The notes beneath the pieces were generated by a model. It was not told the DNA's origin. It saw only the letters and a list, made by a program, of their open reading frames with translations, and searched no databases. Made by a program: the position numbers and the translations under genes. 64,000 bases of DNA from Marsupella aquatica (lineage: Eukaryota > Plantae > Marchantiophyta). The number at the start of each line of letters is the position of its first letter. Within the stretch, counting starts at the first letter, position 1. The stretch lies in the NCBI GenBank assembly GCA_973895155.1, contig OZ316891.1, positions 19,927,048-19,991,047 on the forward strand. The letters are read 5' to 3'. Of the stretch, positions 61,761 through 64,000 are shown one piece after another.

Positions 61761-62516
61761 TCTTAAAGATTGCATGGGAAGAAGTACTCAATTGTACCTG
61801 CAAGGACAAAAGGGGCCGGTATGTGAAGGTTAGTGTAGCATCAGGAGGAGATGCAAAGAAAATAAAATAAAATTGGAGACGAGTAGAAGTGCAATTTAAA
61901 TGAGGATAAAAAAGAAACATTCAACAAGGTTCCTTGTTGCTACAATTCCCTTGCACCCACAAATAGAAGTTATTTAAGACTCTTGGATTGACTGACATAG
62001 GTAACAAAGATTGTTTTGAAGGTAGAGTACAAGGGATATCTCCATTCCCATTGATTGTTACAATGTACTTGCAAGGACAATGGGGATCATGTCTGGAATG
62101 TGCTTGCAATAACAATGGGGGAGGGGATTCAAGTCTGAACATGTAGGGATGTTGAGCAATGTAGGGGGCTTTGGGGTGAGTTCTACCCTGGTGTCAATTT
62201 CGCTGGCTAATGATTGATTGATCCAACCATCAAATGAAATCTAGATTTTTTCTATGCATTGTTGGATTGTGTGCAATGGGGTGCCCAACAAAGGTTTATT
62301 ATCTTGAGAAAGAGGCTATGTACAATAAGCTACTGGGGAATAAGTTGTTCTTGTGCATATTTGTTTTTGTTTTTTAGAGGGCACAATATTGTTCCCTCCT
62401 TTTCAATTCTGTAAACAGACTACCAACAGATTTGGCGGGATCTTTTATTTTAGGGGCAGATATGATCTTCCCTAAGTCTTCTTTTGTGCGCAGGTTAAAA
62501 TATGGCCGCCCTATAC

Positions 62517-62900
62517 CTCACAAAGCTACCTGAGTGGCCTTGATTATATCTCACAAAGCTACCCAGGTGACCTTGATGGTATCTCACAAAGCTACCCAGG
62601 TGGCCATAACAGTATATCACAAAGCTACCCGGGTGACCTTATATAATCATATCCATTGTGTTTGAGTTCAAATGACTTTCTGGTAAGACCACACAATTCC
62701 TCTCATATAGATACAAATAGAGATATACATTGTGTTCGAGTGCAAATGACTGTTTGATAAGAGGACCCAAACTTTTCTCATATAGGTACTGATACAGATA
62801 CACATTGTGTTCGCGTTCAAATGACTTTTGGGTAAGAGGACTCAAGGTACCGATAGAGATATACATTGTGTTCGAGTTCAAAGACTTTTGGGTAAGGACT
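62517..62900. repeat. Two tandem arrays upstream of CNX1 (~32-35 bp x4; ~60-80 bp x4)
   Basis: TCACAAAGCTACCC(A/G)GGTG repeats at 62517-62640; CATTGTGTTCGAGTTCAAATGACTTTTGGGTAAG repeats at 62654-62900. Confidence 0.85.
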
Positions 62901-63158
62901 CAAATTACTCTCTGCGCGTCGTTTACTGCAAATCTCCTCCGCACTCCTTGTGACACTGAGCTCAGCTCTGGAGAGCGGAAGGGAAGACAGAGATTGAGCG
63001 TGAGAAGCGGATGTCTGGCGGCAGCGCTCGTCCGCTGCTTCATCTTTTCGCGAAGCGAGTTGCCGAAATTGTGCAGAATTGTGAGAGCTAGGAGAAGAAT
63101 CAATATCATTACGGCACCATAGGCGAGGTGTGGGCGAGGGGGAGGAGGTACACACTGG

Positions 63159-63161
<3 letters not shown>

Positions 63162-63204
<43 letters not shown>
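63162..63204 (+). repeat. (AG)21 microsatellite 65 bp upstream of the CNX1 ATG; potential BPC/GAGA element
   Basis: Perfect AG dinucleotide run. Confidence 0.92.
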
Positions 63205-63205
<1 letters not shown>

Positions 63206-63269
63206 GGGCGTCGTGGAAAGTGTGACAGAGCAGTGCGAATTGACGGCAGGGAATCTCACTGACTGAGAG

Positions 63270-64000
63270 ATGGCTGCGCATGCTGCATTGCACGCGCTTG
63301 CAAAGTCGCCAGCCGTGATGCTCTCGGTGAAGGACGCTCTTCACATTGTGCTGAGTCATGCCCCCCGGCTCCCACCCGTCACCATTCCACTTCAGCAGGC
63401 CTTGGGAAGCATTCTAGCTGAGGATTTGACTGCCCCAGACCCCTTGCCTCCATACCCGGCTTCCACCAAGGTATCCATTCGTTTATTATGTTTTCCTGAA
63501 ATAGTTTTCACCGGCTCGCCTCGTGTCTCCTGTACATTTGCTAGTCTAACAATGATCATCTGGGCAGACAAATGAGGACTCTCATTTATTAGTGGGATGA
63601 ATTCCTTACTAATTCTATGTGAATGGTCATTCAGGACGGGTATGCAGTGGTAGCAGCTGACGGTCCTGGTCAGTATATTATTGTCGGGGAGGCAAGAGCT
63701 GGAGACGACGCGGCTGACTTGGTGGTGATTCCAGGCACAGTCGCTTACATAACAACTGGAGGTACCTTATTAGTGCTAAGAAGAAGTCCTGCATATGGCT
63801 TTCAGTTTTCGCTAATTACAAGTATTTTCAATTCATTCTAAACATTAGCAGTCATTTGGTCTTCAAGTTTTACGTCGTTTTGCATTGGTTACGAATGCAG
63901 TGTCTAATGTAATCAAATTTCACGTCTATCCCGAGAAACAGGACCAGTGCCAAGAGGGGCCGATGCTATTGTAATGGTGGAGTACACATCTCCAGTTGTC
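63270..64000 (+). CDS. CNX1: Molybdopterin biosynthesis protein CNX1 (gephyrin/MoeA E-domain), first 3 exons, partial
   Basis: Exons 63270-63470, 63635-63761 and 63942-64000+, GT-AG and in phase: ...ALGSILAEDLTAPDPLPPYPASTK|DGYAVVAADGPG...AYITTGG|PVPRGADAIVMVE. Confidence 0.95.

Noticed and set aside
1-64000. Metal-cofactor gene cluster (P5A-ATPase, Cu/Zn-SOD, CNX1)
   Set aside because: The genes belong to unrelated pathways, are separated by RlmH and 45 kb of TEs, and show no shared regulatory signal. Likely coincidence.

Overview
This is eukaryotic land-plant nuclear DNA. A bryophyte (liverwort-like) origin is my guess only and cannot be shown from the sequence. Four spliced host genes are present: the 5' exon of a P5A-ATPase (PDR2-like, -), a complete plastid Cu/Zn-SOD (CSD2-like, -), a complete RlmH/SPOUT methyltransferase (+), and the first exons of CNX1 (+). 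Between RlmH and CNX1 lies a ~45 kb block of transposons. It contains a full-length Ty1/copia (LTRs, PBS, PPT, 5-bp TSD) and a decayed, intron-containing transposase whose motifs read as Kolobok-type (27.2-29.1 kb; hidden in the ORF track by stops and frameshifts). It also contains three related L1-clade LINEs, two of them full length with 16-17 bp TSDs, and a 12.6 kb CACTA element (18-bp TIR, ACA TSD) nested in ORF2 of the first LINE. Best leads: (1) the Kolobok-like transposase with a helix-extension-helix insert, plus a possible convergent partner gene split by the LINE; (2) a covarying 3' stem-loop shared by all three LINEs; (3) a CACTA with an intact 9-exon TnpA-like gene, a 5'-truncated transposase, antisense cargo and a TTTAGGG cluster. 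All family assignments come from manual motif recognition; no database search was run.
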